In this document: piece after piece, positions 19,554 through 29,023 of the stretch | Numbering within the stretch: the first letter of the stretch is position 1 | How the letters are laid out: every line of letters starts with the position of its first letter | Source of the DNA: Nanobdellota archaeon | GTDB taxonomy: Archaea; Nanobdellota; Nanobdellia; Pacearchaeales; GW2011-AR1 | Assembly (NCBI GenBank): GCA_030611805.1 | Contig: JAUWPB010000002.1 | Span: 7,690 to 71,689, forward strand | Length of the DNA stretch: 64,000 nt | Direction: 5' to 3' | Position numbers and translations under genes: made by a program | Notes under the pieces: model-generated | Told to the model about the DNA's origin: nothing | Databases searched by the model: none | What the model saw: the letters and a program-made list of their open reading frames with translations, nothing else

Positions 19554-20801
19554 ATGAGTCCTAAAAAACAAAGGGAAAAATTAGTGCCAATGCATGATTT
19601 TAGTACAAAACTAAGACAACCCTCAATAATAAATGTTCTTAAAGATTATGTAAAATGGCAGATTAAAATTCGTGATTCTAATAACAGCCAATCTGCTCTT
19701 GAACAAGGGCCTGACCATAGTCCAATTTCTGTTAATTTGGATTTGACGACTTCTTGTAATTTTCGCTGTGGTCATTGTGTAGATATGCAAATCCTTAACA
19801 AAAAAGATTTTTATAATTATAAAGATTTGAAAAATTCATTTAAACTTCTGGGTGAAAAAGGTCTTAAATCTGCAATTATCATTGGCGGGGGAGAGCCCAC
19901 AATGTATCCCAAATTTGAAGAAATTGTTGGTGTTTTGAAAGATGAAAAAATTAATGTGGCGGTGGTGACTAATGGTAGTCATATGAAAAAAATAAAAAAA
20001 GTAGCTCATTTATTTGGTCCAAAAGATTGGGTGCGTCTTTCAATTGATGCAGGAACAAATTCCACTTTCCAAAAAATGCATAATCCAAGAAAATCTATAA
20101 AGCTTGAACAAATTTGCCATGAAGTTTATGGAACAAAAAAAGAGTTTCCAAATCTCCAAATAGGATTTTCTTATATGGTAACCTGGAAAGGGGCTCAGAT
20201 AAATGATATTAATATTTGTGAAAATATAGAAGAGATCGTGTTAGCTACCAAACTCGCACGTGATAATTTATTTGATTATATTTCAATTAAGCCATTTCTT
20301 GAACGCTCTCCTGAAAATAACGCAGAACTTGTGAGTATTGATGAATCGCATAGAGATTATCAAAAAACAATAAGGAGTATTTGTGAAAGTGTTAATAAAT
20401 CAAAAGAATTGGAAACTAAAACATTCAAAGTGGTTGAGAGCACTAATATGGGGGCTTTGACAGATAAAAAGAATTATGATTATACACTCCAACCAAAGAA
20501 TTGCCATATGCAATTTTTCCGCCAGATACTTAGCCCTTTAGGTGTTTTTAATTGCCCTGCATATAGAAATGTGGAAAAAGCCAAAATTGGAAAAAAAGAT
20601 GCATATGCTTCTCCTGAAAAGATGTTTGCAACTAAATTAAACACAGCGAAAATGATTCAAGAATTTAATGCTTCGTATGAATGCAGGGGAGTGAGCTGTC
20701 TTTATAATGGAGTTAACTGGTTTATAGAAGACTTGATTCAAAACCATAAAAAAATTAATCAATTGGAAGCTGTTCCAGAACAGAGAGATTATTTTTTATA
20801 A
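19554..20801 (+). CDS. radical SAM enzyme
   Basis: 'DLTTSCNFRCGHCVD' triad and 'IIGGGEPTMYP' SAM-binding GGE motif. Confidence 0.7.
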   Translation: MSPKKQREKLVPMHDFSTKLRQPSIINVLKDYVKWQIKIRDSNNSQSALEQGPDHSPISVNLDLTTSCNFRCGHCVDMQILNKKDFYNYKDLKNSFKLLGEKGLKSAIIIGGGEPTMYPKFEEIVGVLKDEKINVAVVTNGSHMKKIKKVAHLFGPKDWVRLSIDAGTNSTFQKMHNPRKSIKLEQICHEVYGTKKEFPNLQIGFSYMVTWKGAQINDINICENIEEIVLATKLARDNLFDYISIKPFLERSPENNAELVSIDESHRDYQKTIRSICESVNKSKELETKTFKVVESTNMGALTDKKNYDYTLQPKNCHMQFFRQILSPLGVFNCPAYRNVEKAKIGKKDAYASPEKMFATKLNTAKMIQEFNASYECRGVSCLYNGVNWFIEDLIQNHKKINQLEAVPEQRDYFL

Positions 20802-20803
20802 AA

Positions 20804-21736
20804 TTAATTTGAAGAGGTCGTGAGTTCTCCACTTTTATAATAGTCTTCAATGGCTTTTCTAAAATTAAATTTTGAGACAAATCCTATTTTTTCTTTTGTT
20901 TTTCTCATATCCAGTTCTGTATGTTTTTGAAAAAAAGATTTGTAAGGATTTTCTATATAAACGATTTTTTGATTGGTTCCTAATACTTCATTTAGTGTTT
21001 TAACCATCTCATTAAAACTTGTGGCTTTTCCAGAACCGCAATTTAATACACAACTCTCTTGTGCATTTAATGATAATAAGTTTGCGGTGAGAACATCTTT
21101 GATATAGATTTCATCTCTTTTTTGTTCACCATATTTAAAGAGTTTAGGTTTATCGTGCAAAATTTGCTTGGCAAGTTGATAAACCATATTTGCCATTTTT
21201 CCTTTATGGCTTTCTCCGGGACCAAAGACATTACCATAACGCAGACCCACAATTGTTACTTCAGGGAATTTTTTTGCCAGAGCCATTGCTCTTTCGTCCA
21301 AAAGAAGTTTTGATTTTCCATAAGCATTTAATGGTTTTTCGCTCTTTCCCTCAATAAATGGGACTGGACTATTTCCATATACTGCCATTGAAGAAGCATA
21401 GATTATTTTTTTACATCCATGAGAAATAGCTTCTCTAAATAACTTAATTGGTGCTTTAGAATTAACAAAAAACATCTTTTTTTCATCAGTAATGGTAGTA
21501 TTATTAATTGCAGCCTGATGAAATAAAATATCAATATCTCCAATAAGATTCCAGTCTAATTCATAAAAAGAAGATTTTATAATTCTCTTGCAAAATTTCC
21601 CCATATTATTTTTCCCGCTTCTTCCAACAGCAATAACATTGTATTTTTTTTTATGAAGTTCTTTAACTAAATTTGAACCAATAAATCCTGTTGCTCCTGT
21701 GACTAATACTTTTGTATCTAGATTTTTCATGTCCAA
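20804..21736 (-). CDS. hldD: ADP-L-glycero-D-manno-heptose 6-epimerase-like SDR (HldD/RfaD-like)
   Basis: 'VLVTGATGFIGSNLV'. 'EKPLNAYGKSKLLLDE', 'VGLRYGNVFGPGESHKGKMANMV' and 'PKLFKYGEQKRDEIYIKDV' line up with E. coli HldD blocks as I recall them (EKPLNVYGYSK, FRYFNVYGPRE.HKG.MAS, PKLFEGSENFKRDFVYV). Confidence 0.65.
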   Translation of the reverse strand: MDMKNLDTKVLVTGATGFIGSNLVKELHKKKYNVIAVGRSGKNNMGKFCKRIIKSSFYELDWNLIGDIDILFHQAAINNTTITDEKKMFFVNSKAPIKLFREAISHGCKKIIYASSMAVYGNSPVPFIEGKSEKPLNAYGKSKLLLDERAMALAKKFPEVTIVGLRYGNVFGPGESHKGKMANMVYQLAKQILHDKPKLFKYGEQKRDEIYIKDVLTANLLSLNAQESCVLNCGSGKATSFNEMVKTLNEVLGTNQKIVYIENPYKSFFQKHTELDMRKTKEKIGFVSKFNFRKAIEDYYKSGELTTSSN

Positions 21737-21825
21737 ACTTAATAATCTTTATTTATAGTTTTTTCTGTGTGAAGGAAAACAAAAGAAATAAAAGCAAAGA
21801 AAATTAAAATAACTTAAGGAATAAA

Positions 21826-22818
21826 ATGATAAAATTTAAAGTAATAAAAAATGAGATTCTTAAAAAGATTTCTTATACTTTTAAACTGGAAAAGAATCTT
21901 GGGAAACCAATTATACGGCAATTAGAACCCACAAATGCCTGTATGATGAATTGTATTATGTGTCCCCGTAAGAACATGAAAAGAAAGATAAAATATATGG
22001 ATATTGAATTTTTTAAAAAAATAATTGACCAGGCAAAATGGAATTATCAGATGTTTCTGCATCATTTCGGAGACCCTTTGATGCATCCAAAGATAGATGA
22101 AATGATAAAGTATGTTGCAAAAAAAGGAATAAAAGCCCAAATTTCGGTTAACCCAAAACTACTTTCAGAAAAAATGTCTGAAAAATTAATTGATTCTGGT
22201 TTAGATATGATTATGATTTCTATAGATGGTATTGACGACAAAACTTACAAATATTTCAGAGGAAAAAACGCAGACTATGAAGAAGCTGTAGAAAATATAA
22301 ATAACTTTTTGCGGATAAAAAATAAAAAAAATAGTAGTGTAAAAGTGATTATTTCGCTTGTCAGGATGAAGGCAAACAAAAAAGATGTTGAGAAATTTGA
22401 AAAAATGTGGAAGAAAAAAGGGGTTAATCAGGTATTGATTAAACAGTTTACAACTTTTGACGGTTCTGACAAAGTGATTATGGAACAGGGAGATAAAGAT
22501 ACGCTTACAGACCAGTTTAAGACAAATAAAAGGCAATATTGTTCAGAGCCATGGATGGGGATTACAATTACTGCAGAGGGAAATGTTGTTCCTTGTTGTT
22601 ATGATTATGATGAAAAATATATAATTGGAAATTTGAAAAAAGAGTCGCTGGAACAAATTTGGAATAATGAAAAAATGAGGCTTTTGAGAAGACAGGTTAA
22701 AACCAAAACTTTATATAAAAATCCTCTTTGTAAAACCTGCCATGAAACAAGAAACGAAGGTATGCTAAGATATATTTTAGATAAGTTTTCATTAATAATC
22801 TCTTCTTTTAAATCTTGA
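21826..22818 (+). CDS. radical SAM enzyme with SPASM-like tail
   Basis: 'PTNACMMNCIMCPR'. C-terminal 'CSEPW..GNVVPCCYDYD..IIGN..CKTCHE'. Paralog of 3240 and 6570. Confidence 0.8.
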   Translation: MIKFKVIKNEILKKISYTFKLEKNLGKPIIRQLEPTNACMMNCIMCPRKNMKRKIKYMDIEFFKKIIDQAKWNYQMFLHHFGDPLMHPKIDEMIKYVAKKGIKAQISVNPKLLSEKMSEKLIDSGLDMIMISIDGIDDKTYKYFRGKNADYEEAVENINNFLRIKNKKNSSVKVIISLVRMKANKKDVEKFEKMWKKKGVNQVLIKQFTTFDGSDKVIMEQGDKDTLTDQFKTNKRQYCSEPWMGITITAEGNVVPCCYDYDEKYIIGNLKKESLEQIWNNEKMRLLRRQVKTKTLYKNPLCKTCHETRNEGMLRYILDKFSLIISSFKS

Positions 22819-22838
22819 ATAAATTGGTTTAAATTATT

Positions 22839-22855
22839 ACCGAAGAAATTATAAA
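22839..22855 (+). promoter_or_regulatory. BRE/TATA-like promoter motif ACCGAAGAAATTATAAA
   Basis: The 17-nt string is identical to 23376-23392. The TATA-like part lies about 25 nt upstream of the ATG at 22878, which suggests a near-leaderless mRNA. Confidence 0.5.
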
Positions 22856-22877
22856 TACTGTTGGAGATTTATTAAAA

Positions 22878-23360
22878 ATGAAAAAACTTAATTTAGGATG
22901 TGGAAAAGATATAAAAAAAGGTTATCTTAATGTAGATTTTGAAAAATTTAACGGAGTAGATAAAATTTTCAATTTAAATAAAGTTCCTTATCCATTTAAA
23001 AATAATTCTGTTGAAGAGATTTTAATGTATAATATTTTAGAACATTTAAATGACCCTTATGGAATTATGAAGGAAGTTTGCAGAATAATGAAAATTAATG
23101 CAATAATTCATATTCAAGTTCCACATTTTTCAAGTAATAGTGTTTGGGGAGATATCCAACATAAAAGAGGTTTTAGTTCAGGAACATTTACTCATGATAA
23201 TATTTTAAGCATGTTTAAATTAAAAAAACAAAGAATTGTTTTTTCTCGTTATGGATTTTTAATGGAAATTTTTGCAAATAAATTTCCAAGAATTTATGAA
23301 AAACTTTTTGCATATATTTTCCCTGCATCTTATTTAGACATAATTTTAATAAAAAAATAA
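22878..23360 (+). CDS. class I SAM-dependent methyltransferase (type 11-like, short)
   Basis: 'LNLGCGKD' and 'MYNILEHLNDP'. Clear paralog of 35198-35704. Confidence 0.7.
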   Translation: MKKLNLGCGKDIKKGYLNVDFEKFNGVDKIFNLNKVPYPFKNNSVEEILMYNILEHLNDPYGIMKEVCRIMKINAIIHIQVPHFSSNSVWGDIQHKRGFSSGTFTHDNILSMFKLKKQRIVFSRYGFLMEIFANKFPRIYEKLFAYIFPASYLDIILIKK

Positions 23361-23375
23361 TCAATTTTTTCAATC

Positions 23376-23392
23376 ACCGAAGAAATTATAAA
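23376..23392 (+). promoter_or_regulatory. BRE/TATA-like promoter motif ACCGAAGAAATTATAAA (second copy)
   Basis: Identical 17-mer ending 28 nt upstream of the ATG at 23420. Confidence 0.5.
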
Positions 23393-23419
23393 GGTTCTCA
23401 AAACTTATAAAAATATAAA

Positions 23420-24850
23420 ATGAAAATATTATTTATTAATCCTCCTTCAGAAACACCTTTTAAAAAAGATGACCCTTACTATCCTCTTGGACTTTTATAT
23501 TTAGCAAGAATATTAGAAAAAGAAGGCCATAAAGTTTTAGTTAAAGATTATTATAGATATTCTTTAAATGAAAAGAAAAAGGAAATTATAAAAATTATAA
23601 AAAATTCTTCTCCGGATATTGTGGGTTTAACTTGTGTAACAATGAATCGGTTATCTAACTATGAATTAATAAAAATTATCAAAAAAATAAATCCAAAAAT
23701 AAAAATTATTATGGGAGGGATCCATGCAACATCAATGTATGAACAAATTTTACTTAATTATCCTGTGGATGCAATTGTATTGGGAGAAGGGGAAATTAGT
23801 ACGCCAAAACTTATCAAAGCATTAGGAGAGAGAAAATCTTTAAAAAAAATAAAAGGAATTGCATTTAAAGATAAGGAAAAAGTTCATTTTACAGGTCTTG
23901 AAAAATATATAGAAAATCTTGATGAATTGCCTTTTCCTAAACATGAACTTTGTGAAAAGCTCATTAAAAAAACTAAAACAGCAATAGTAATTACTTCGCG
24001 GGGCTGTCCTTATAATTGTATATTTTGTTCAACAGCAGGGTATTGGGGAAGGAAGTGGAGGGCAAGAAGTGCAAAAAATGTTGTTGATGAAATAGAATAT
24101 CTTATTAAAAAATTCCCTTATTTAAAAACAATAGTATTTCCTGACGATACTTCTACCCTTAATAATCAAAGGATGATTGATATTTGTGAGGACATAATAA
24201 AGAGAAAAATAAAAATTGAATGGATCTGCTCTGGAAGACTAGATGTGATTTCTGAAAAAATGCTTTGTAAGATGAAAGAAGCAGGATGTAAATTTTTAGC
24301 ATATGGAATAGAATCTGGTTCATCGAAAATGTTGAAAACAATAAAAAAAGGAATTACCAGAGAGCAGATAGAAAAAACAATTAAATTAACAAATAAAGTT
24401 GGGTTGGATTATGGGGCTTATTTAATGGTTGGGAATCCTGGTGAAACATGGGAAACTGTAAAAGAAACTGTCTTATTTATTAAAAAATTAAAAAATATTA
24501 ATTTTTGGAGTGTGGGAAGATTAGAGATTTATCCAAATACAGAAGTATATGAAATCGCTAAAAGACAGGGAATTATAGATGATTCTTACTGGTTAACAGA
24601 TAAAAAAATCCCTCATTACACTTTTGAACATTCTGAAGATGAATTAACAAAAATGGCATACTACATTGTGGCCCAACATCAATTACATAAAGGTCTGCCT
24701 AATTTTATTATTTTTTGTTTTAAATTCTTTCTTGAAAAACCAAAAAAAGCAATTAGATATGGTCTCTTGAAATTAAGGGTTTTAGGGCAGGGGAATGTTG
24801 AGAAAGATATGAAAAATAAAAGTAAAGGAAAGAAAATTAAATTATTATAA
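23420..24850 (+). CDS. B12-binding-domain radical SAM enzyme
   Basis: 'ILFINPP', 'IIMGGIHAT', 'IVLGEGEIS', 'SRGCPYNCIFCS', 'YGIESGSSKML'. Confidence 0.8.
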   Translation: MKILFINPPSETPFKKDDPYYPLGLLYLARILEKEGHKVLVKDYYRYSLNEKKKEIIKIIKNSSPDIVGLTCVTMNRLSNYELIKIIKKINPKIKIIMGGIHATSMYEQILLNYPVDAIVLGEGEISTPKLIKALGERKSLKKIKGIAFKDKEKVHFTGLEKYIENLDELPFPKHELCEKLIKKTKTAIVITSRGCPYNCIFCSTAGYWGRKWRARSAKNVVDEIEYLIKKFPYLKTIVFPDDTSTLNNQRMIDICEDIIKRKIKIEWICSGRLDVISEKMLCKMKEAGCKFLAYGIESGSSKMLKTIKKGITREQIEKTIKLTNKVGLDYGAYLMVGNPGETWETVKETVLFIKKLKNINFWSVGRLEIYPNTEVYEIAKRQGIIDDSYWLTDKKIPHYTFEHSEDELTKMAYYIVAQHQLHKGLPNFIIFCFKFFLEKPKKAIRYGLLKLRVLGQGNVEKDMKNKSKGKKIKLL

Positions 24851-24900
24851 TATTGATTTAATATAACTATCTTTATAAATATAATTTTTTTGTATTTAAG

Positions 24901-25851
24901 ATGGACAAAAAAGAAAAGGTCTTGATAATTAAAACAGGGTATAACGAATTTCTTGAATACGAAAATAATAGCAAGATTGTAAGTTTAGGGGATGTTTTAA
25001 GAACAACGCCTTTGTTACATCTTTATAAAAATGATTATGTTACATGGGTAAGTGATAAATATGCTTTTCCATTACTCGAACAAACTCCCTATATTGATAA
25101 ATTATTACCTCTTAATTTTATAACAACTATGCAAATATTAGATGAAGAATTTGATACTCTTATAAATCTTGAAAAAAATCATGATATTTGCAAGTTATCT
25201 CATAGAATAGATGCTTGGAGAAAATATGGGTTTAGGTTTGATAAAGAGCATAAAAAAGCAGAAGCTTATGATAGAGCACATGATATCTTAGCAGTTAGTG
25301 CTGACAAAATATTGAAAAAAGAAAACCAAAAAACTTCCCAAGAGCTTTTATTTGAAATGGTTGGTGCAAAATGGAATGGAGAAAAATATATTTTAGGATA
25401 TAAACCAAAAACAAAAGAAATTTATGATATTGGGTTGAATATGATGATTGGAAAAAAATGGCCAACAAAAGCATGGCCTTCTAAAAATTGGGACATATTA
25501 GAAAAAAAATTGCTCAAGGATGGATTTAAGATAAGCAGACAAGATGATAAACGACACCCAGAAATAGTGGAGAATATTTATTCTTACATGGATTGGATAA
25601 ATTCTTCTAAGCTTATTATCACAAGTGATAGTTTAGGGCTTCATTTGGCTCTTGCATTAAATAAAAATGTCTTAGGATTATTCGGACCAACTCCCAATAA
25701 AGAAGTTTATTTTTATGGAAGAGGAAAAGCAATTCTTCCAGAGACAATCCCTGAGTGCATAACTTGTTTTAAAGGATTTTGTGAAAGAGGAAAAAATTGT
25801 ATGGAAGATATATCAGTAGAAAGAGTTTATGAAGAAGTAAAAAATACATAA
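24901..25851 (+). CDS. GT9-family (heptosyltransferase-like) glycosyltransferase
   Basis: 'VLIIKTG..LGDVLRTTPLLHLYK' and 'ITSDSLGLHLALALNKNVLGLFGPT'. Confidence 0.7.
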   Translation: MDKKEKVLIIKTGYNEFLEYENNSKIVSLGDVLRTTPLLHLYKNDYVTWVSDKYAFPLLEQTPYIDKLLPLNFITTMQILDEEFDTLINLEKNHDICKLSHRIDAWRKYGFRFDKEHKKAEAYDRAHDILAVSADKILKKENQKTSQELLFEMVGAKWNGEKYILGYKPKTKEIYDIGLNMMIGKKWPTKAWPSKNWDILEKKLLKDGFKISRQDDKRHPEIVENIYSYMDWINSSKLIITSDSLGLHLALALNKNVLGLFGPTPNKEVYFYGRGKAILPETIPECITCFKGFCERGKNCMEDISVERVYEEVKNT

Positions 25852-25967
25852 ATTCTGTGGAGTAATTTGAAATATTATCAATATTCCTCTTTTATTTTCC
25901 ATATCACATAGTTATATTTTATTACATAAATTCTTTTAAATAAATTTTTAATTAGAGAAATATTAAA

Positions 25968-27026
25968 ATGCCAGAATCAAATATAGATCACCACAAGTTA
26001 ATGTATCATCCAGAGAGAATTTCTGAATGGTTTAATAAAGGAGACTGTGCCCCAATTTATGTTGAAATTGGATTGACAGATTATTGTAATCATAAATGTG
26101 TTTTTTGTGCATTAGATTTTTTAGAATATGATAAAAACTTTATTGAGAAGGATGTTATGATGTCGGCGTTAGAAGACATGGCAAGTTCTGGTGTGAAATC
26201 TATTATGTTTGCTGGAGAAGGCGAACCTCTTTCACATAAAAATATTGGTTTGTTTACTCAAACTGCAAAAAAATATGGATTAGATATTTCTATTACAACT
26301 AATGGGATTTTGTTTTCGGAAACTAAAATAGAACAATGTTTACCAAATCTTTCCTGGATAAGATTTAGTATTGACTCTGGAAGTTCTGAAAATTATGCGT
26401 TGATTCATGGAACAAAACCAAAAGATTTTTCAAAATTAATAAAAAATATAGAAAACACTGTGAAATTTAAAACTAAAAATAAATTAGAAACAACAATTGG
26501 AACTCAGTTTTTAGCAATACATCAAAATCTGGATGAAGCAATAAAATTAGCTAAAATATTAAGAGACATTGGAGTAAACAATCTTCAAATTAAACCTTAT
26601 TCTCATCATCCAAAAAGTTCACACCAAGATCTTTCAGTGGATTCAAATCAATATAACAAGATTGGAGAACAATTAAAAGAATTTAATTCAAATGATTTTA
26701 AAATAATTTTTAGAGAAGTCACAGCCAAGAGAATTGAAGAAGGAGTTAGTTATCCTAAATGTTATGGCTTGCCTTTTATTACTTTGATAGATTCAAAAGC
26801 GAATATAATTCCTTGTAATTTATTTTATGGAAGAGAAAAATTTACTTATGGGAATCTTTCTAAAGAAAGTTTTAAGGATATATGGAAAGGAGACACAAGA
26901 AAAAAAGTATTAAAAAATATGAACAGGCAAGGAACTGAAGATTGCAGAAAGGGTTGTAGACTTGACCCAAGCAATAGATACTTACATAGATTAAAAAACC
27001 CTGAATCTCAGGATAATTTTATATAA
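25968..27026 (+). CDS. radical SAM enzyme (tandem paralog A)
   Basis: 'HHKLMYHPERISEW' leader, 'LTDYCNHKCVFCA' triad, 'FAGEGEPL'. C-terminus '..DNFI'. Confidence 0.7.
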   Translation: MPESNIDHHKLMYHPERISEWFNKGDCAPIYVEIGLTDYCNHKCVFCALDFLEYDKNFIEKDVMMSALEDMASSGVKSIMFAGEGEPLSHKNIGLFTQTAKKYGLDISITTNGILFSETKIEQCLPNLSWIRFSIDSGSSENYALIHGTKPKDFSKLIKNIENTVKFKTKNKLETTIGTQFLAIHQNLDEAIKLAKILRDIGVNNLQIKPYSHHPKSSHQDLSVDSNQYNKIGEQLKEFNSNDFKIIFREVTAKRIEEGVSYPKCYGLPFITLIDSKANIIPCNLFYGREKFTYGNLSKESFKDIWKGDTRKKVLKNMNRQGTEDCRKGCRLDPSNRYLHRLKNPESQDNFI

Positions 27027-27028
27027 AA

Positions 27029-28150
27029 ATGGAAGAAGAAAAACCAAATCAAAATTTAATACTTGATGGACATAAATTAGCCTGGCATAAGGATAGAGTT
27101 AATGCTTGGTTATCTGGAGAAAGAATAGCACCTATTACAATTGATTGTGCATTGACGAGAAAATGTAATTACAGATGTGTGTATTGTTATGGACAATTAC
27201 AAGCAAATGATGGGAAAAAAATGACTAAAGATGTGATTTTTAGATTTCTTGATGATGCAGCAGAAATAGGAGTAAAAGCCATTAGTTTTGTGAGTGATGG
27301 GGAAAGCACTTGTTCACCCCATTTATATGATGCGATAAAACATGGAAAAGAAAACGGGCTTGATATGGCTCTTGGAACAAATGGGGCTTTGTTAAAAAAC
27401 CAAAAACTTGAAGAAATGTTAAAAAATTTGACCTATCTTAGGTTTAATATCTCTGCAGGAGAATCTAAAAGATATTCTCAAATTCATGGTTGTAGAGAAA
27501 AAGATTTTTATAAAGTTAAGAATATAATTAGCGAGTGCACTAAAATAAAAAAACAAAATGATTTAGATGTAACAATTGGTTTACAAATGGTTTTAATGCC
27601 TAATTTTAAAGATCAACTCCTTCCTCTTACAAAATTAGGGAAAGAGCTTGGAGTGAATTATTTAGTTATTAAACATTGCAGTGATGATGCTTCACAAAGT
27701 TTGGGAGTAGATTACTCAAAATATTTTGATTTGATTGATATTTTAAAAGAAGCTGAATCACACGCCACAAAAAATTACTTGGTTAAAGCAAAATGGTCAA
27801 AAATATTAAGTGGAGGAAAAAGGAGTTATACAAAATGTTATGGTGCTCCATTTATGCCACAATTGTCTGGTTCTGGATTAGTTGCTCCTTGCGGCATGCT
27901 TTTTAATAGAAAATTTAAGAGATACCATATCGGGAATATAGCAGACACCTCTTTTAAAGAACTTTGGAAAAGTGATAAATATTGGGAAGTTATGAATTTT
28001 ATAGTTTCTGATAAGTTTAAATTAGAAAAAACATGTGCAACATTGTGCTTACAACACAAAGTAAATGAGTATTTGTGGGATTTGAAACAAAAGAAAATTA
28101 AGTTAAAAAATACTCTGGGAGAGTCCCCACAACATATAAATTTTATTTAA
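27029..28150 (+). CDS. radical SAM enzyme (tandem paralog B)
   Basis: 'GHKLAWHKDRVNAW' leader, 'LTRKCNYRCVYCYG' triad, 'VSDGEST'. C-terminus '..INFI'. Same layout as the upstream gene. Confidence 0.7.
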   Translation: MEEEKPNQNLILDGHKLAWHKDRVNAWLSGERIAPITIDCALTRKCNYRCVYCYGQLQANDGKKMTKDVIFRFLDDAAEIGVKAISFVSDGESTCSPHLYDAIKHGKENGLDMALGTNGALLKNQKLEEMLKNLTYLRFNISAGESKRYSQIHGCREKDFYKVKNIISECTKIKKQNDLDVTIGLQMVLMPNFKDQLLPLTKLGKELGVNYLVIKHCSDDASQSLGVDYSKYFDLIDILKEAESHATKNYLVKAKWSKILSGGKRSYTKCYGAPFMPQLSGSGLVAPCGMLFNRKFKRYHIGNIADTSFKELWKSDKYWEVMNFIVSDKFKLEKTCATLCLQHKVNEYLWDLKQKKIKLKNTLGESPQHINFI

Positions 28151-28151
28151 A

Positions 28152-28883
28152 ATGATTAGTTTACAAGAAAAAGCTAAGAAATTGAGAAGAAACACTTTAG
28201 AAATCTGTAGAGAAACAAATGATGCTCATTTGGGTTCCTCTTTTTCAGAAATAGAAATTTTAATATCTTTATATGATTCTGTATTAAAGGAAAATGATAA
28301 ATTCATTTTGAGTAAAGGACATGCTCCTTATCCATTATATCTTCTTTTAAGAGAAAGGGGCTATGATCCAAAAATAACTTCTCACCCAGACATAGATGAA
28401 AAAAATGGAATCTATTGCACAACTGGAAGTCTTGGACACGGTCTGCCAATAGCAACAGGTATGGCTCTTGCAAGGAAAATACAAAATAAACAAGGAAGAA
28501 TTTATGTTTTAATGGGAGATTGTGAGTGTTATGAAGGAACGCTTTGGGAATCTTCAAATATAACCAGACATTTTAAATTAGATAATCTCGTTTTGATAGT
28601 AGATAATAATAAATTTGGGGCCTTGGATAGTATAGAAAATATTCTTGGATTTGGAGATTTGGAAAAAACCTTTGAAGCTTTTGGATATGATGTTTCTAGA
28701 ATAAATGGGCATAATTTTCAAGAAATAATTCCTGCTTTAAAAAAAAATAGTTATGAAAAGCCAAGAGTGATTATTGCAGATACAATAAAAGGCAAGGGAG
28801 TAAGTTTTATGCAACATCCAAAATGGCATGCAAGGATGCCAACCGAAGAAGAATTTAAAATAGCTTATGATGAATTAAAATGA
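28152..28883 (+). CDS. transketolase, N-terminal (thiamine-PP-binding) subunit
   Basis: 'GHLGSSFS', 'LSKGHA', 'GSLGHGLPIATGMA', 'GDCECYEGTLWES' (the GDG..EG..WE ThDP motif). Confidence 0.8.
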   Translation: MISLQEKAKKLRRNTLEICRETNDAHLGSSFSEIEILISLYDSVLKENDKFILSKGHAPYPLYLLLRERGYDPKITSHPDIDEKNGIYCTTGSLGHGLPIATGMALARKIQNKQGRIYVLMGDCECYEGTLWESSNITRHFKLDNLVLIVDNNKFGALDSIENILGFGDLEKTFEAFGYDVSRINGHNFQEIIPALKKNSYEKPRVIIADTIKGKGVSFMQHPKWHARMPTEEEFKIAYDELK

Positions 28884-28889
28884 CTTCCT

Positions 28890-29007
28890 CCGCACACTAA
28901 AGTGCGCGGTTTCCTTCCGTCTTAAACGAACAAAACAAAATGCAGAGAAATACAAAACAAAGAACTAAATTAAGGAACGCAATTCCCCTACTAGCTAAAG
29001 CTAGTAG
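28890..29007 (+). other. two GC-containing hairpins with TAAA loops in the transketolase N/C spacer
   Basis: CCGCACAC-TAAA-GTGCGCGG (28890-28909, one mismatch) and CTACTAGC-TAAA-GCTAGTAG (28988-29007, perfect 8 bp). The local GC content is clearly above the surroundings. Confidence 0.5.
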
Positions 29008-29023
29008 TATCCTTGCTAGTTAA

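Noticed and set aside
28867-28873. ATGATGA (C-box-like) at the end of the transketolase N gene, considered as part of a C/D-box sRNA in the spacer.
   Set aside because: I found no CUGA D box at a suitable distance and no terminal stem or C'/D' motifs. The heptamer is simply coding sequence (..YDEL..).
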